A DNA stretch of 64,000 nt from Bacteroidia bacterium (GCA_029268695.1 JAQWNJ010000014.1:64751-128750), one strand, 5' to 3'; counted from the stretch's first letter, positions 20,672-31,080 are shown. The notes: a model not told the origin generated them from the letters alone. Made by a program: numbers and translations.

Positions 20672-21201
20672 TCTAAAACATTAAATTTAAGTTCATCCCC
20701 AACAAACCAGTACCCATTTAACATAATAGCAATAAACGATAGGGTATATTTATGCTTTCTACGTTGATAATATTGCGTGACATAACAATACTGATTTCCA
20801 TCTTCATCGCTACCATGATCGAAATTTAAATCAGTTCGTGCGAGCTTTTTAAAATTTATTTTCAACTTATTAGTTGTTTTTAAAATTTTACGATAATCCC
20901 GTTGTAAACTAAGTAAAATCATCTGCTGTTTAAAAATTACCTGATCATTCCTAAATTGAATATCCATGGTATCAAACGTTCCCTTCAAAAATTTAACATC
21001 AGGCACAAAAGGTTTGATAATCTCCAGATTCATCTGAGGTATTGCTTTATAAAACGTATCACATAGTGCAGGCAATTCTTTGTGTAAAATACAATTAAAT
21101 GCCGAACTGTCTTGCCTTTGACCTTTTAATACATACAATTGAGCATTTACGATTACACACGATTGCAAAAAAATAACCAAAAAGAATTGTCGGTAATCCA
21201 T
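20668..21201 (-). CDS. Hypothetical exported protein
   Basis: 177-aa ORF with signal-like N-terminus, overlaps the next gene; TAAATTTG at 21211-21218 (minus strand). Confidence 0.65.
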   Translation of the reverse strand: MDYRQFFLVIFLQSCVIVNAQLYVLKGQRQDSSAFNCILHKELPALCDTFYKAIPQMNLEIIKPFVPDVKFLKGTFDTMDIQFRNDQVIFKQQMILLSLQRDYRKILKTTNKLKINFKKLARTDLNFDHGSDEDGNQYCYVTQYYQRRKHKYTLSFIAIMLNGYWFVGDELKFNVLE

Positions 21202-21303
21202 GATCGATTACAAATTTATTTAGAATTTGGATAATGCATTCATCGATTAATTATTCATCAAGTATAAGCATTGCATGAAGTTAAATATGATAATTTTGTG
21301 CTA

Positions 21304-22215
21304 ATGAATTTAAACAAACTTTTAGTATTTTTCTTTTTGTTGATTATTTTTAATGGTTGTTCAACAACTAAAAATGAAAATAAACCATTAACTATTGTCA
21401 CAACAACAGGAATATTGGGGGATTGTGTCGCTCAAATTATTGATGGTCAAGCTGAGGTGATTTCTATTATGGGAGCTGGAGTAGATCCACACTTATACAA
21501 AGCATCGCAAGGTGATATATCAAAACTATCTGACGCTGACATCATCGTTTATAATGGCTTGCATTTGGAAGGAAAGATGGCACAAATGCTCGAAAATTTC
21601 TCAAAATCAAAACCTGTTTTTGCGATTGGTAATTACATAAAAAAATCAGATTTAAAACGAGTAGATAATACATCTGATCTTGTTGATCCTCATGTTTGGT
21701 TTAGCCCTGATTTATGGCTTGAAGGTCTTAATGGTATCGCTAAAGAGTTGGAAAAACAAAATGGCCTTAATCGTATTTTAGAAAATTACCAAGACTATGC
21801 AACCAAAATTCAATCCACACAAATTAGGCTTCAGCAGCTTTTGGATGAAGGACTTGATTCAAGTCAACGAATCTTAATAACAAGTCATGATGCATTTGAA
21901 TATTTTGGAGATGCATTTAAATTTAAAGTGAGAGGTCTTCAAGGGATTTCGACCACTGCAGAATATGGCACTAAAGACATAAAAGATCTTACAGATTTTA
22001 TAATAGATAACAAGATTAAATCTGTATTTGTAGAAACAAGTGTTCCAAATAAAAATCTAGAAGCAGTAGTCGCAAGTGCTCAAGCAAGAGATTATAGCAT
22101 CCGTATTGGTGGGACACTGTATAGTGATGCTTTGGGAGAAAAAAACACCCCTGCTGGAACGTATGAAGGAATGTTAATTTCTAATGTTCAAACTATAATC
22201 AAAGGACTTAAATAA
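21304..22215 (+). CDS. Mn/Zn ABC transporter substrate-binding lipoprotein (TroA/MntA type)
   Basis: Lipobox FNGC; GVDPHLY, YNGLHLEG, DPHVW, SHDAFEYF, LYSDALG; TAATTTTG at 21291-21298. Confidence 0.92.
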   Translation: MNLNKLLVFFFLLIIFNGCSTTKNENKPLTIVTTTGILGDCVAQIIDGQAEVISIMGAGVDPHLYKASQGDISKLSDADIIVYNGLHLEGKMAQMLENFSKSKPVFAIGNYIKKSDLKRVDNTSDLVDPHVWFSPDLWLEGLNGIAKELEKQNGLNRILENYQDYATKIQSTQIRLQQLLDEGLDSSQRILITSHDAFEYFGDAFKFKVRGLQGISTTAEYGTKDIKDLTDFIIDNKIKSVFVETSVPNKNLEAVVASAQARDYSIRIGGTLYSDALGEKNTPAGTYEGMLISNVQTIIKGLK

Positions 22216-22991
22216 TGGCTATCCCAATTATAGAGGCTCATAATCTAACTGTTCTTTATGGAAGAAAACCTGCCATTTGGAATATTGATTTTAAACTCCC
22301 TGAAGGTCAAGTAATTGGAATAATGGGTCCTAACGGAAGTGGCAAAAGTACACTACTTAAATCAATTATGGGCGTTGTTACACCCACTACGGGGTATACT
22401 AAAGTTTATGACCAGGAATTAAATCAAGTGCGTCATAAAGTTAGTTATGTGCCACAACGACAAGAAATAGACTGGGATTTCCCAGCAAGTGTTTGGGATA
22501 TTGTTTCAATGGGTCGGTTTCATGTTCGAGGATTGTTCAAAAGGCTTACAAGCGAGGATAATGACATCATTCAGGAAAGTCTGGAAAAAGTGAATATGCT
22601 TGGCTTTGCTAAAAGACAAATCAGCCAATTATCGGTAGGGCAACAACAACGGGTATTTCTAGCTAGAGCCATAGCTCAACAAGGGGAACTATTTTTAATG
22701 GACGAGCCATTTGCTGGGGTAGATATCGCAACTGAAGAAATGATTGTTGATCTTTTAAAAGAAATGAAAGGTCAGGGCAAAACACTCGTTATCGTTCACC
22801 ACGATTTACACACTGCCCAATCGTATTTTGATCATCTAGTTTTGATGAATACACGACTAGTTGCATGTGGTAAAACATCTGATGTTTTCACGGATCAGAT
22901 TTTAACAGATACGTATGGTGGCAAATTAACTACGATATCAAAAATTAGTCAAGAGTTAGAAAATAAGGAATTCCCAATTAGACATCAATGA
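22215..22991 (+). CDS. Mn/Zn ABC transporter ATP-binding protein (TroB/MntB type)
   Basis: Walker A GPNGSGKST; YVPQR..IDWDFP; signature variant LSVGQQQR; MDEPFAGVD; VHHDL. Confidence 0.92.
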   Translation: MAIPIIEAHNLTVLYGRKPAIWNIDFKLPEGQVIGIMGPNGSGKSTLLKSIMGVVTPTTGYTKVYDQELNQVRHKVSYVPQRQEIDWDFPASVWDIVSMGRFHVRGLFKRLTSEDNDIIQESLEKVNMLGFAKRQISQLSVGQQQRVFLARAIAQQGELFLMDEPFAGVDIATEEMIVDLLKEMKGQGKTLVIVHHDLHTAQSYFDHLVLMNTRLVACGKTSDVFTDQILTDTYGGKLTTISKISQELENKEFPIRHQ

Positions 22992-24268
22992 GTTTTTGGC
23001 AAAATATACCTAGTTATTTCTCAAGTGAATATTATACCTTTTGGGTGGTTAGTATTGGTGCTGGAATAATTTGTTTTGGAGCTGGCATTGTGGGTACATT
23101 TTCTTATCTCAGAAAACGAGCTTTACTAGGTGACGTTATTTCTCATGCAGTTTTGCCAGGTGTTGCTATTTCATTCATGCTTACTGGAGTTAAAAACCCT
23201 CTTTATTTTTTAATAGGAGCTACAACCTCTGGGATTCTATCTATTTGGCTTGTAGATTATATTCATAGTAAGTCGAAATTAAAACCAGATACTATTCTGG
23301 CTTTGACATTAAGTGTTTTCTTCGGAATCGGCATTGTGCTTCTGACCAAAATACAACACAGTGGCAATGCTGCACAAAGTGGATTGGATAGCTTTTTATT
23401 TGGGAAGGCTGCAAGCATGACACTACAAGATGTAATAACATTCTCAGTTATTGCACTAATCAATACTTTATGTATCGCAGTTTTTTTAAGAGCTTTTAGT
23501 ATGATTAGTTTTGACGAAGAATATGCGAAAAGTTTAGGTTTTAATATTAAAATTATCAAATCATTTTTAGCCCTTCTAACCGTTATTACGGTTGCTATTG
23601 GTATACAATCCGTAGGTATTGTGCTTATGGCAGCCTTATTAATTACTCCTGCAAGTGGTGCCCGATTTCTTACAAACTCTATAAAAAAGATGCTAATTTA
23701 TGCAGGTATCTTCGCATTATTGAGTGGGTTCACAGGTGTAATTATCAGCTCTAGCGGAACAGCAATGCCAACTGGACCTTGGATTGTCGTTGTATTATCA
23801 TCCTTCACAATATTTGCTATCTTCTTTGGAAAAGAAAAAGGAGTTATTGCTCGAATGAGAATTAGGAGATCAAACAATCTTAAAATCAATAATGAAAACA
23901 CACTTAAGAAATTATACAAGTTATCAGAAGAAAGGAAAGAAAGTATTCATGTAGATCAATTATCTGACATTCAATCCTCCGCCCAATTAAAAACAACATT
24001 AAAACGATTAGAAAAAAAGCAAATACTTAGTCAAGTTAAAGGAACCATTATACTTAATGAGAAAGGCAAAATTGCAGCACGAGAAGTAATTCGTAAACAT
24101 CGCCTTTGGGAAATCTACTTGTCTAAATATTTTCAACTGGATAAGGATCATCTGCATGATGATGCCGAAGGGATTGAACATGTCATTACACCCGAAATTG
24201 AAAAACATCTTATAACATTATTAGATAGACCCGAAAAAGATCCACACCAAAGTGAGATCCCATACTAA
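22988..24268 (+). CDS. Metal ABC permease fused to a C-terminal DtxR/MntR-like domain
   Basis: ABC-3 permease (LLGDVISHAVLPG, FLFG, LITPA) followed by ENTLKKLY...RKHRLWEIYL...HDDAEGIEH...DPHQSEIP. Confidence 0.88.
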   Translation: MSFWQNIPSYFSSEYYTFWVVSIGAGIICFGAGIVGTFSYLRKRALLGDVISHAVLPGVAISFMLTGVKNPLYFLIGATTSGILSIWLVDYIHSKSKLKPDTILALTLSVFFGIGIVLLTKIQHSGNAAQSGLDSFLFGKAASMTLQDVITFSVIALINTLCIAVFLRAFSMISFDEEYAKSLGFNIKIIKSFLALLTVITVAIGIQSVGIVLMAALLITPASGARFLTNSIKKMLIYAGIFALLSGFTGVIISSSGTAMPTGPWIVVVLSSFTIFAIFFGKEKGVIARMRIRRSNNLKINNENTLKKLYKLSEERKESIHVDQLSDIQSSAQLKTTLKRLEKKQILSQVKGTIILNEKGKIAAREVIRKHRLWEIYLSKYFQLDKDHLHDDAEGIEHVITPEIEKHLITLLDRPEKDPHQSEIPY

Positions 24269-25128
24269 TGAATGACTTTTATATCATATTGACTGCATGT
24301 CTAGTAGCAATTAACTGTGCTATTATGGGCAGTTTTTTAGTCATGCGAAAAATGGTTATGATTGGTGATGCGATATCACACGCTGTACTTCCAGGTATAT
24401 TTTTCGCATACATAATTTCTGGTTCTACTTCTAGCTTACCCATTCTAATAGGTGCCGCATCCAGTGGAATTTTAGCCACAATCATAATCGAATGGTTTAC
24501 TCAAAAGGCACGTCTTCAAAGTGACGCTTCAATAGGAGTTTCTTACACGCTATTATTTGCCATTGGAATTATTCTAATTTCAAAATTTGGAGCTAATGCT
24601 GATATCGATCAACAATGTGTTTTATATGGCGAATTGGAATATGTTTCTCTCTGGTTAGAGCCCATTATTGGCGATTTTTATCTACCAAGACAGACCCTTA
24701 TATTAGGGGTTGTTTGCATTATCATCGTATTAGCTGTTACTTGGGGATACAAAGGTTTATTTATTACCACTTTTGATCCTAATTTTTCAATATCAACTGG
24801 GATTGCCATTGGTTTTTGGCATTACTTTTTAATGAGTGGTGTATCGCTTACTACCGTGGTTTCATTTGAATCTGTTGGGGCAATTCTTGTAATCGCATTC
24901 TTGTCTGGCCCTCCGGCAATTGCATATTTACTGACTGGGAATTTTAAGAAAATGCTCGTTTTAGCCTGTGCTTTTGGTATTTTATGCTCAATTGTTGGTT
25001 ACTACCTGGCTAAATTATTAGATGTATCAGTAGCTGGAGCTATATCTGCGGTAATTGGAGCTATTTTTACCATTGTTTTCGTGATCACAAGTAGTCAGAA
25101 AAGTAAAATAGATGTAATATCTGACTAA
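24268..25128 (+). CDS. Metal ABC transporter permease (TroD/MntD type)
   Basis: MIGDAISHAVLPG, CVLYGEL, TFDP, SFESVGAILV. Confidence 0.92.
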   Translation: MNDFYIILTACLVAINCAIMGSFLVMRKMVMIGDAISHAVLPGIFFAYIISGSTSSLPILIGAASSGILATIIIEWFTQKARLQSDASIGVSYTLLFAIGIILISKFGANADIDQQCVLYGELEYVSLWLEPIIGDFYLPRQTLILGVVCIIIVLAVTWGYKGLFITTFDPNFSISTGIAIGFWHYFLMSGVSLTTVVSFESVGAILVIAFLSGPPAIAYLLTGNFKKMLVLACAFGILCSIVGYYLAKLLDVSVAGAISAVIGAIFTIVFVITSSQKSKIDVISD

Positions 25129-25204
25129 AATCCTGCGATTCTTCCATTTATTTTCTTTGTGATATCTATCATTGTATAGGAAATAACAATCTACATAGTA
25201 AAAA

Positions 25205-27091
25205 TTGAAAAAGTTTTGTTCATCCATAATTATAGCTGCAAGTTTAATTACCTGTTTATTCACTAAATCTATGGCCCAAGACAGTAGTAACTATACCTTT
25301 TTACTATCTAGAGAAGACATTCAAACGGCAAACCTTCAAAACCTAGAGCAAGCATTATCAATATTACCATTGTTTCATAGCTTTTCTAAAGATGGATTAA
25401 ATCAAATCAGTTATGGGTCGCTAACCATTGACAATATTGCTGTATATAAAGACGGTTTTCCAGCTGCTTTAGATCAAAATATAAACTACGATTACAGGTC
25501 CATCCCACTTTGGGATATTGATCGCATTGAAATACACCTTACACCTGTAATTGGCCTGGCAAAGAACAGTGGTATAATAATCAACTTATACTCTATTAAA
25601 ATTCCAAAAAGCCCAATTTGGTCCCGATTAAATATCACAAACACATCTTTGAGTGACTTTCATGGATCCTTTATTATTGGGCTGAGTAATGTTGTTCATA
25701 GTGGGCAGGTAGGATTAAGTAGGAGCTTTACAAACAATTTATATGATGACAAAAGACTTCGATCAACATCACTTGGAGCATTTGAAAGGTATGATTTAAA
25801 CCTTAAGTATCAATATAAAATTCTTCCTAGTGTGACACTCAATATTCAAAGTGATCACTCAAAAATACATACCCAAAATAAAGGAAATATCATCTCAGGT
25901 ACATCGCGTGTAAGAGATCACGAAAATGATTTTAATAAACATAATATTTATGGTTCACTTCAATTAAAAGCTTCAAAAAATCATACCTTATCACTAGAAG
26001 GAATGGCTCATCATTTTAAGAGCAATAATTCGCTTATTGATAAAAACTTAAATACCGGTCAAGAAGATGCATTTGCCAGCTTTTATACTCACCCAAATAT
26101 TGGATATAATCAAGGACACATCAAGTTATCCCTTAAATCGCATAGCAAACCTTTAGGTTATTCCATGGGAATTAATCTCAGTAATACGAGAGATAATACC
26201 TACCCATATATTGATGCAATATCAACTGCTTACAATGATTATTCAGCTTATGGAATACTCTCATTTAGGTACAGAAATACAATCCTTCTGAACGGAGGAA
26301 TAAACTTATGGCACAACAACCTTTCAGGAAATTTTTTATTACCTCAATTTCAAATAAAGCTCGCACCTAGAGAGGTCATTCAACTCAATTTTACCTCACA
26401 TGCATCTGTATCTTATGCCCCATTTAGCCAACTATTTTACCCACCCCATTTCAATAATGGTGTCAGAAATAATGTTTTGTTAGAGCCTTTAAGACAAAAT
26501 GCTATTCATGCTAATATAATCTTAAATCAAAATAACTTAAATGCCACGAGTGGTATGCTATTTATTACTCAAAGTAATATTCCCAGAGTGACCGAATCTA
26601 AAGCCTATGTATCTACTGGAAAATCCTCAAGTTTTTCAACTTACGCAAGTATTGCCTTCTCTAACAAAATACTTACTATTAAGCCTAGTGCAATGATGCA
26701 TTCTAATAATAATTCAAGAGATACAGGAAATTTCACATTTTTTTACCCTGAGCTAAACTTAAATACGCATGTAAACATACCTGGATCTAAATTCTTATTA
26801 GGACTAACTGCAAAATACATAGGAAAACGTTCCAGCTCATTTATTTCTGATGGAATTGTATACATCGCTGAACAACAAAAAATGCGTTTTCTTTCTATCA
26901 GAATTCAAAGAAATTTTATCAAAGAAAAACTCCAGATTTCATTCGGAATTAATAATATTCTTCAATCATCATTTATAGATAATAACACCTACCAATTGAC
27001 AGAAATTGACCGAAATTTTATTAATAATGAAAGTATTATAAGCGGGTACCCCCGTTCATTTACATTCAAAGTTATTTATACAACTCCATGA
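25205..27091 (+). CDS. Divergent TonB-dependent receptor-like protein
   Basis: Signal peptide; plug-like LSREDIQ..NLEQAL..LP, VYKDGFP, DIDRIEI, GIIINL; terminal GINNIL...PRSFTFKVIY. Confidence 0.65.
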   Translation: MKKFCSSIIIAASLITCLFTKSMAQDSSNYTFLLSREDIQTANLQNLEQALSILPLFHSFSKDGLNQISYGSLTIDNIAVYKDGFPAALDQNINYDYRSIPLWDIDRIEIHLTPVIGLAKNSGIIINLYSIKIPKSPIWSRLNITNTSLSDFHGSFIIGLSNVVHSGQVGLSRSFTNNLYDDKRLRSTSLGAFERYDLNLKYQYKILPSVTLNIQSDHSKIHTQNKGNIISGTSRVRDHENDFNKHNIYGSLQLKASKNHTLSLEGMAHHFKSNNSLIDKNLNTGQEDAFASFYTHPNIGYNQGHIKLSLKSHSKPLGYSMGINLSNTRDNTYPYIDAISTAYNDYSAYGILSFRYRNTILLNGGINLWHNNLSGNFLLPQFQIKLAPREVIQLNFTSHASVSYAPFSQLFYPPHFNNGVRNNVLLEPLRQNAIHANIILNQNNLNATSGMLFITQSNIPRVTESKAYVSTGKSSSFSTYASIAFSNKILTIKPSAMMHSNNNSRDTGNFTFFYPELNLNTHVNIPGSKFLLGLTAKYIGKRSSSFISDGIVYIAEQQKMRFLSIRIQRNFIKEKLQISFGINNILQSSFIDNNTYQLTEIDRNFINNESIISGYPRSFTFKVIYTTP

Positions 27092-28086
27092 AAAGAGCAA
27101 CATACATATTACTTCTTTTTTCATTATCTCGGTGTTTCACTCCTGATGTATATTTACCAGAGGTTGATTCTGAAAAAATTAATCTAACCCTAAATATTGA
27201 TGAGCCATCTAGCTTTATAAAATTAGGTTATCCAACAAGTACATTAAGTAAACAAAAATATAATTGGCAATTAAAATTTGATAACAACTCAAGTAGCTGG
27301 GGAGTATACACTAACCCTAGTCAACCAATCCGTGTGATTAATACAACTATTAATCGATTTGAATTAATTAATAATAAATCCATTGATGGGAATACCATTT
27401 GGCAATATGATGAAGTAAAGAACAACCAAATCCAAAGCTCAATTGGCTCTTGGGGAGATTTTAATTTCTCCAATCCAGAATCTCATAAAGACGTGTATGT
27501 TTTAAATTGGAGGCAAGATTCTGTGGAATATTATTTTAAATTTCAATTGCTTGATGCAGGCATCAATACCTATCACATTAAATATGGCCCGCTTGATGGG
27601 ACTGTAACATATACAGATTCGATAATTAAAGATGATATTCAACTGTACTCATATTTTTCATTAGTCAACAATATCAAAATAAACTCCATCGAGCCACAAA
27701 CTGATGATTGGCACATTCACCTTAATTATCAGGTAGATTCAATTTCCAAATATTCAAGAATTCCATATTCATTGACTTCAACTGAAAATATAGGATTGTT
27801 CCCAAGTGCCGAGTTAAATCATAAACACGTTGAAATCCATATTGATAGTTTGCTAGATTATGAACAGATCAATTACATCGAAGCAAAAAACTTTTCTTAT
27901 GAAAAATCAAATAGTGTCATCGGATTATTTTATTTGAAGGATCAAGCTACAAATGAAATAAAGTTGAACTCAAGACAAAATTTAATTTTACGAAGCCAGG
28001 AAGAATACTATGTTATAAGACCTATTAATCTTATTGGGAATTCAGTTAATAATTACACCGTCACAATAGAAATAAAAAAGCTTTAA
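27088..28086 (+). CDS. HmuY-like lipoprotein (putative)
   Basis: Lipobox LSRC; WQLKF, VYVLN..YFKFQLL, IEPQTDDWHIHL resemble HmuY-family motifs; overlaps the receptor gene. Confidence 0.5.
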   Translation: MKRATYILLLFSLSRCFTPDVYLPEVDSEKINLTLNIDEPSSFIKLGYPTSTLSKQKYNWQLKFDNNSSSWGVYTNPSQPIRVINTTINRFELINNKSIDGNTIWQYDEVKNNQIQSSIGSWGDFNFSNPESHKDVYVLNWRQDSVEYYFKFQLLDAGINTYHIKYGPLDGTVTYTDSIIKDDIQLYSYFSLVNNIKINSIEPQTDDWHIHLNYQVDSISKYSRIPYSLTSTENIGLFPSAELNHKHVEIHIDSLLDYEQINYIEAKNFSYEKSNSVIGLFYLKDQATNEIKLNSRQNLILRSQEEYYVIRPINLIGNSVNNYTVTIEIKKL

Positions 28087-29405
28087 TCAAACGTAAATGA
28101 TGCTTTTTGGAATGTCCCGGAACTCATTAAGAGGACATTATCTCCTTGTTCAAAAGAAGTATTAACGATGTTTTCTAAATCTGATGTAAAATGCATAACC
28201 TCAACATTTCCAAAACTATTTTGGACAAAAGAAGCATCTATATATTCCATTTTTTTATGTTCAAAAATAGCATCATTATAGAACACAATTGCATGGTCTG
28301 CGGCATCCATCGTATCCTTGTATAGAGGCAAAAAATCTTTGGTCAAACTACTGAATGTATGCAGTTCGAATACAGCTATCAACTTCCCCTCAAACGAATC
28401 CTTTATAGCCTCTGTTGTGGCTTTCAGCTTACTCGGTGAATGAGCAAAATCTCGATATACCACTTGACCGTTCTTATCAAAAATCTTTTCCATACGCTTA
28501 CCTGCACCTGAAAATTCTTTAATTGCTTGGTAAAATTCATCGCCTGGAACACCTAATTGTTCACATACTAACTGAGCAGCATGTAGATTTTCTAAATTAT
28601 GCTTACCTACAATCTCAAGTGGATACCATGAGCCTGCGTATGAAATTAATGACCCGTTGGAAGTATTTTTATAAACTGGTGTATCATAAGCCATATTAGA
28701 ACACAAGGATACTTCCACTAATTTTTGTAAATGAATATCGTTTTTGTACCAAAAAAACTGACCTTTTGATACATGAGTATTCATATACTTTTTAAACGTC
28801 TCTAAATATGAATCAAAAGTTGGGAAAACATTAATATGATCATAAGCAATACCTGTAATGATTGATATGTGTGGATTATACCACAAAAATTTGGACTTAA
28901 GATCCATTGGTGAGCTCAAATACTCATCCCCTTCTATAATAATTAGAGGTGCATCAGAAATTTTGACAGATAAATCAAACCCATTAATTGACGAACCCAC
29001 TAAATAATCAAAATCGATATTCAGACGAGATAAAACATACATAATCATAGCTGTAGTTGTGGTTTTACCGTGACTTCCTGCTACAACTACCCGCTTTTTA
29101 TCCTTACTTTCAGTAGCTATAAACTCTGGGAACGACATAATATTCAGATTTAATTGCTTAGCCTTCAAAAGCTCAGGATTATCTTTTCTAGCATGCATCC
29201 CGAGAATTACAACATCTATATCTGAAGTGATTACACTCTCGTCCCAACCAATCGAAGGGAGTAAGTTATTCTCTTTTAAATTAGAACGAGCTGGATCATA
29301 TATGGCGTCATCAGATCCGGAAACATGATGACCCTTTCTTTGTAATGCTATTGCAAGATTGTGCATAATTGCACCTCCTATCGCTATTAAATGAACACGT
29401 TTCAA
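28083..29405 (-). CDS. mpl: Murein peptide ligase Mpl (MurC-like)
   Basis: HLIAIGGAIMHNLA, VAGSHGKTTTT, IEGDEY, DHINVF, DFAHSPSK. Confidence 0.88.
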   Translation of the reverse strand: MKRVHLIAIGGAIMHNLAIALQRKGHHVSGSDDAIYDPARSNLKENNLLPSIGWDESVITSDIDVVILGMHARKDNPELLKAKQLNLNIMSFPEFIATESKDKKRVVVAGSHGKTTTTAMIMYVLSRLNIDFDYLVGSSINGFDLSVKISDAPLIIIEGDEYLSSPMDLKSKFLWYNPHISIITGIAYDHINVFPTFDSYLETFKKYMNTHVSKGQFFWYKNDIHLQKLVEVSLCSNMAYDTPVYKNTSNGSLISYAGSWYPLEIVGKHNLENLHAAQLVCEQLGVPGDEFYQAIKEFSGAGKRMEKIFDKNGQVVYRDFAHSPSKLKATTEAIKDSFEGKLIAVFELHTFSSLTKDFLPLYKDTMDAADHAIVFYNDAIFEHKKMEYIDASFVQNSFGNVEVMHFTSDLENIVNTSFEQGDNVLLMSSGTFQKASFTFD

Positions 29406-29536
29406 TTTAATTGATTTTTTATTTGAGCGAATTTATAACCAAAAATAAAGAAACGATAAACCATCCATATTTGGTTGAAATTAATGGCTTAAATAGTTTA
29501 CACCCGCATTTCTAATTTATGACTTAATTTGCATAA

Positions 29537-30466
29537 ATGATTTCTGTGGTTTTGCCCATATACAATGAAGAAAAAGGTCTGAAATCTTTCATTGATGATT
29601 TACTCACCCAGTTGAAGGATATCAAACAAAATTTTGAAATCATTTTAGTAAATGATGGGAGTACAGATCAATCGCTTGAGCTCATACAATCGCTATGTTC
29701 CTTCCACTCAGAACTAAAATTTATTGGATTAAGTCGAAATTTTGGACACCAAATTGCTGTCTCTGCTGGAATTGATTATGCCTCGGGAGATCAAGTAATT
29801 TTGATGGATGCAGACGGACAGGACCCTCCAGAACTTATCCCCGATCTTATCAGCAAAATGAATGAAGGATATGATGTCGTATATGCCAAACGAATAAAGA
29901 GAGCTAATGAATCTTTAGTCAAGAAATGGACAGCAAGTTTCTTTTATAAACTACTTAACAAAATAACATCCATAGAAATTCCTGTAGATACTGGAGACTT
30001 CAGAATTATTAACCGAAAAGTGGTGGATGCTTTGAAGCAAATGGCAGAGAAACAACGATACTTAAGAGGTCAAATTGCATGGTTAGGATTCAAACAGACA
30101 CCAATTGAATATGAACGAAAAGGAAGAAACGCAGGTGAAACGAATTACACTTACAGAAAAATGATCCGTTTAGCCATTGATGCCATTACCTCTTTTTCTA
30201 ATTGGCCATTGCGATTAGCTACAATTTCTGGATTTGTTTGTGCTTTCCTAGGGTTTATTCTCATACTATATACACTCTACGCTAAGTTTATATTAAAAAT
30301 ATACGAACCAGGATGGCCCTCACTAATGATCAGTATAGTTTTTCTTGGCGGGATTCAATTATTAGGTATTGGCATGATCGGAGAATACATTGCTCGCATA
30401 AATGACAATGTTAAAAAAAGACCGTTGTACTTGGTTGATGAGACCAATATCAAAACTCATGCATAA
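29537..30466 (+). CDS. GT2 glycosyltransferase, GtrB/polyisoprenyl-phosphate type
   Basis: VVLPIYNEE, VNDGSTD, SRNFGHQ, MDADGQDPP, TGDFR, two C-terminal TM helices. Confidence 0.92.
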   Translation: MISVVLPIYNEEKGLKSFIDDLLTQLKDIKQNFEIILVNDGSTDQSLELIQSLCSFHSELKFIGLSRNFGHQIAVSAGIDYASGDQVILMDADGQDPPELIPDLISKMNEGYDVVYAKRIKRANESLVKKWTASFFYKLLNKITSIEIPVDTGDFRIINRKVVDALKQMAEKQRYLRGQIAWLGFKQTPIEYERKGRNAGETNYTYRKMIRLAIDAITSFSNWPLRLATISGFVCAFLGFILILYTLYAKFILKIYEPGWPSLMISIVFLGGIQLLGIGMIGEYIARINDNVKKRPLYLVDETNIKTHA

Positions 30467-31016
30467 CATTGAACCCTTTTTTTTATGGAGGGATGTCTAC
30501 AGATCAGAGGATGATCCAAATGCTTTAAATTATAAAAATCAGTACTCTGAATTTCACTACACAAACAAAGTTTACAATTTCGTTCTCCATCCTCAATGGG
30601 ATAATTTTGGAAGCGATACTTTGTTATATAAGCTGATTTATGCTGATTATGATGAACAATTTTGCATTATTGAATTAATTGGCGAGTGGAATGATGCCAT
30701 AAATAATGATATTATGATCTTTAAAACTGAACTTATTAATCAACTCATTGATTGCGGAATTCAGAATTTTGTTGTTATCATGGAAAATGTTCTAAACTTT
30801 CATGCCGATGGAGATGACTATTACAAAGAATGGAAAGAAGAAATTAATGGCGAGATCTATTTAATCAATGCACTTCCCCATGTATTGGATGAATTGCACC
30901 GTTATCACCTCAAAAATCAGCTTTCATTTGGTGGTCGATTAAATGATATTGATTGGAGAAAACTTAAACCAGACCAAATCATAGAATTTTTAGAAACAAA
31001 ATTTTTAGAAGGATAA
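30459..31016 (+). CDS. Hypothetical protein, possible STAS-like fold
   Basis: Start MHNIEPF overlaps the GT2 end; HPQWDNFGSDTL, IIELIGEWNDAINND, ENVLNFH. Confidence 0.7.
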   Translation: MHNIEPFFLWRDVYRSEDDPNALNYKNQYSEFHYTNKVYNFVLHPQWDNFGSDTLLYKLIYADYDEQFCIIELIGEWNDAINNDIMIFKTELINQLIDCGIQNFVVIMENVLNFHADGDDYYKEWKEEINGEIYLINALPHVLDELHRYHLKNQLSFGGRLNDIDWRKLKPDQIIEFLETKFLEG

Positions 31017-31080
31017 AATAGATTTTATTGCGAAATAATCTAGTTGTATATTGCTCGATTATACAAGTCGTAATAATAGC

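Noticed and set aside
21202..21303. DtxR/MntR operator upstream of the metal ABC operon
   Set aside because: No convincing palindrome beyond AT-rich background
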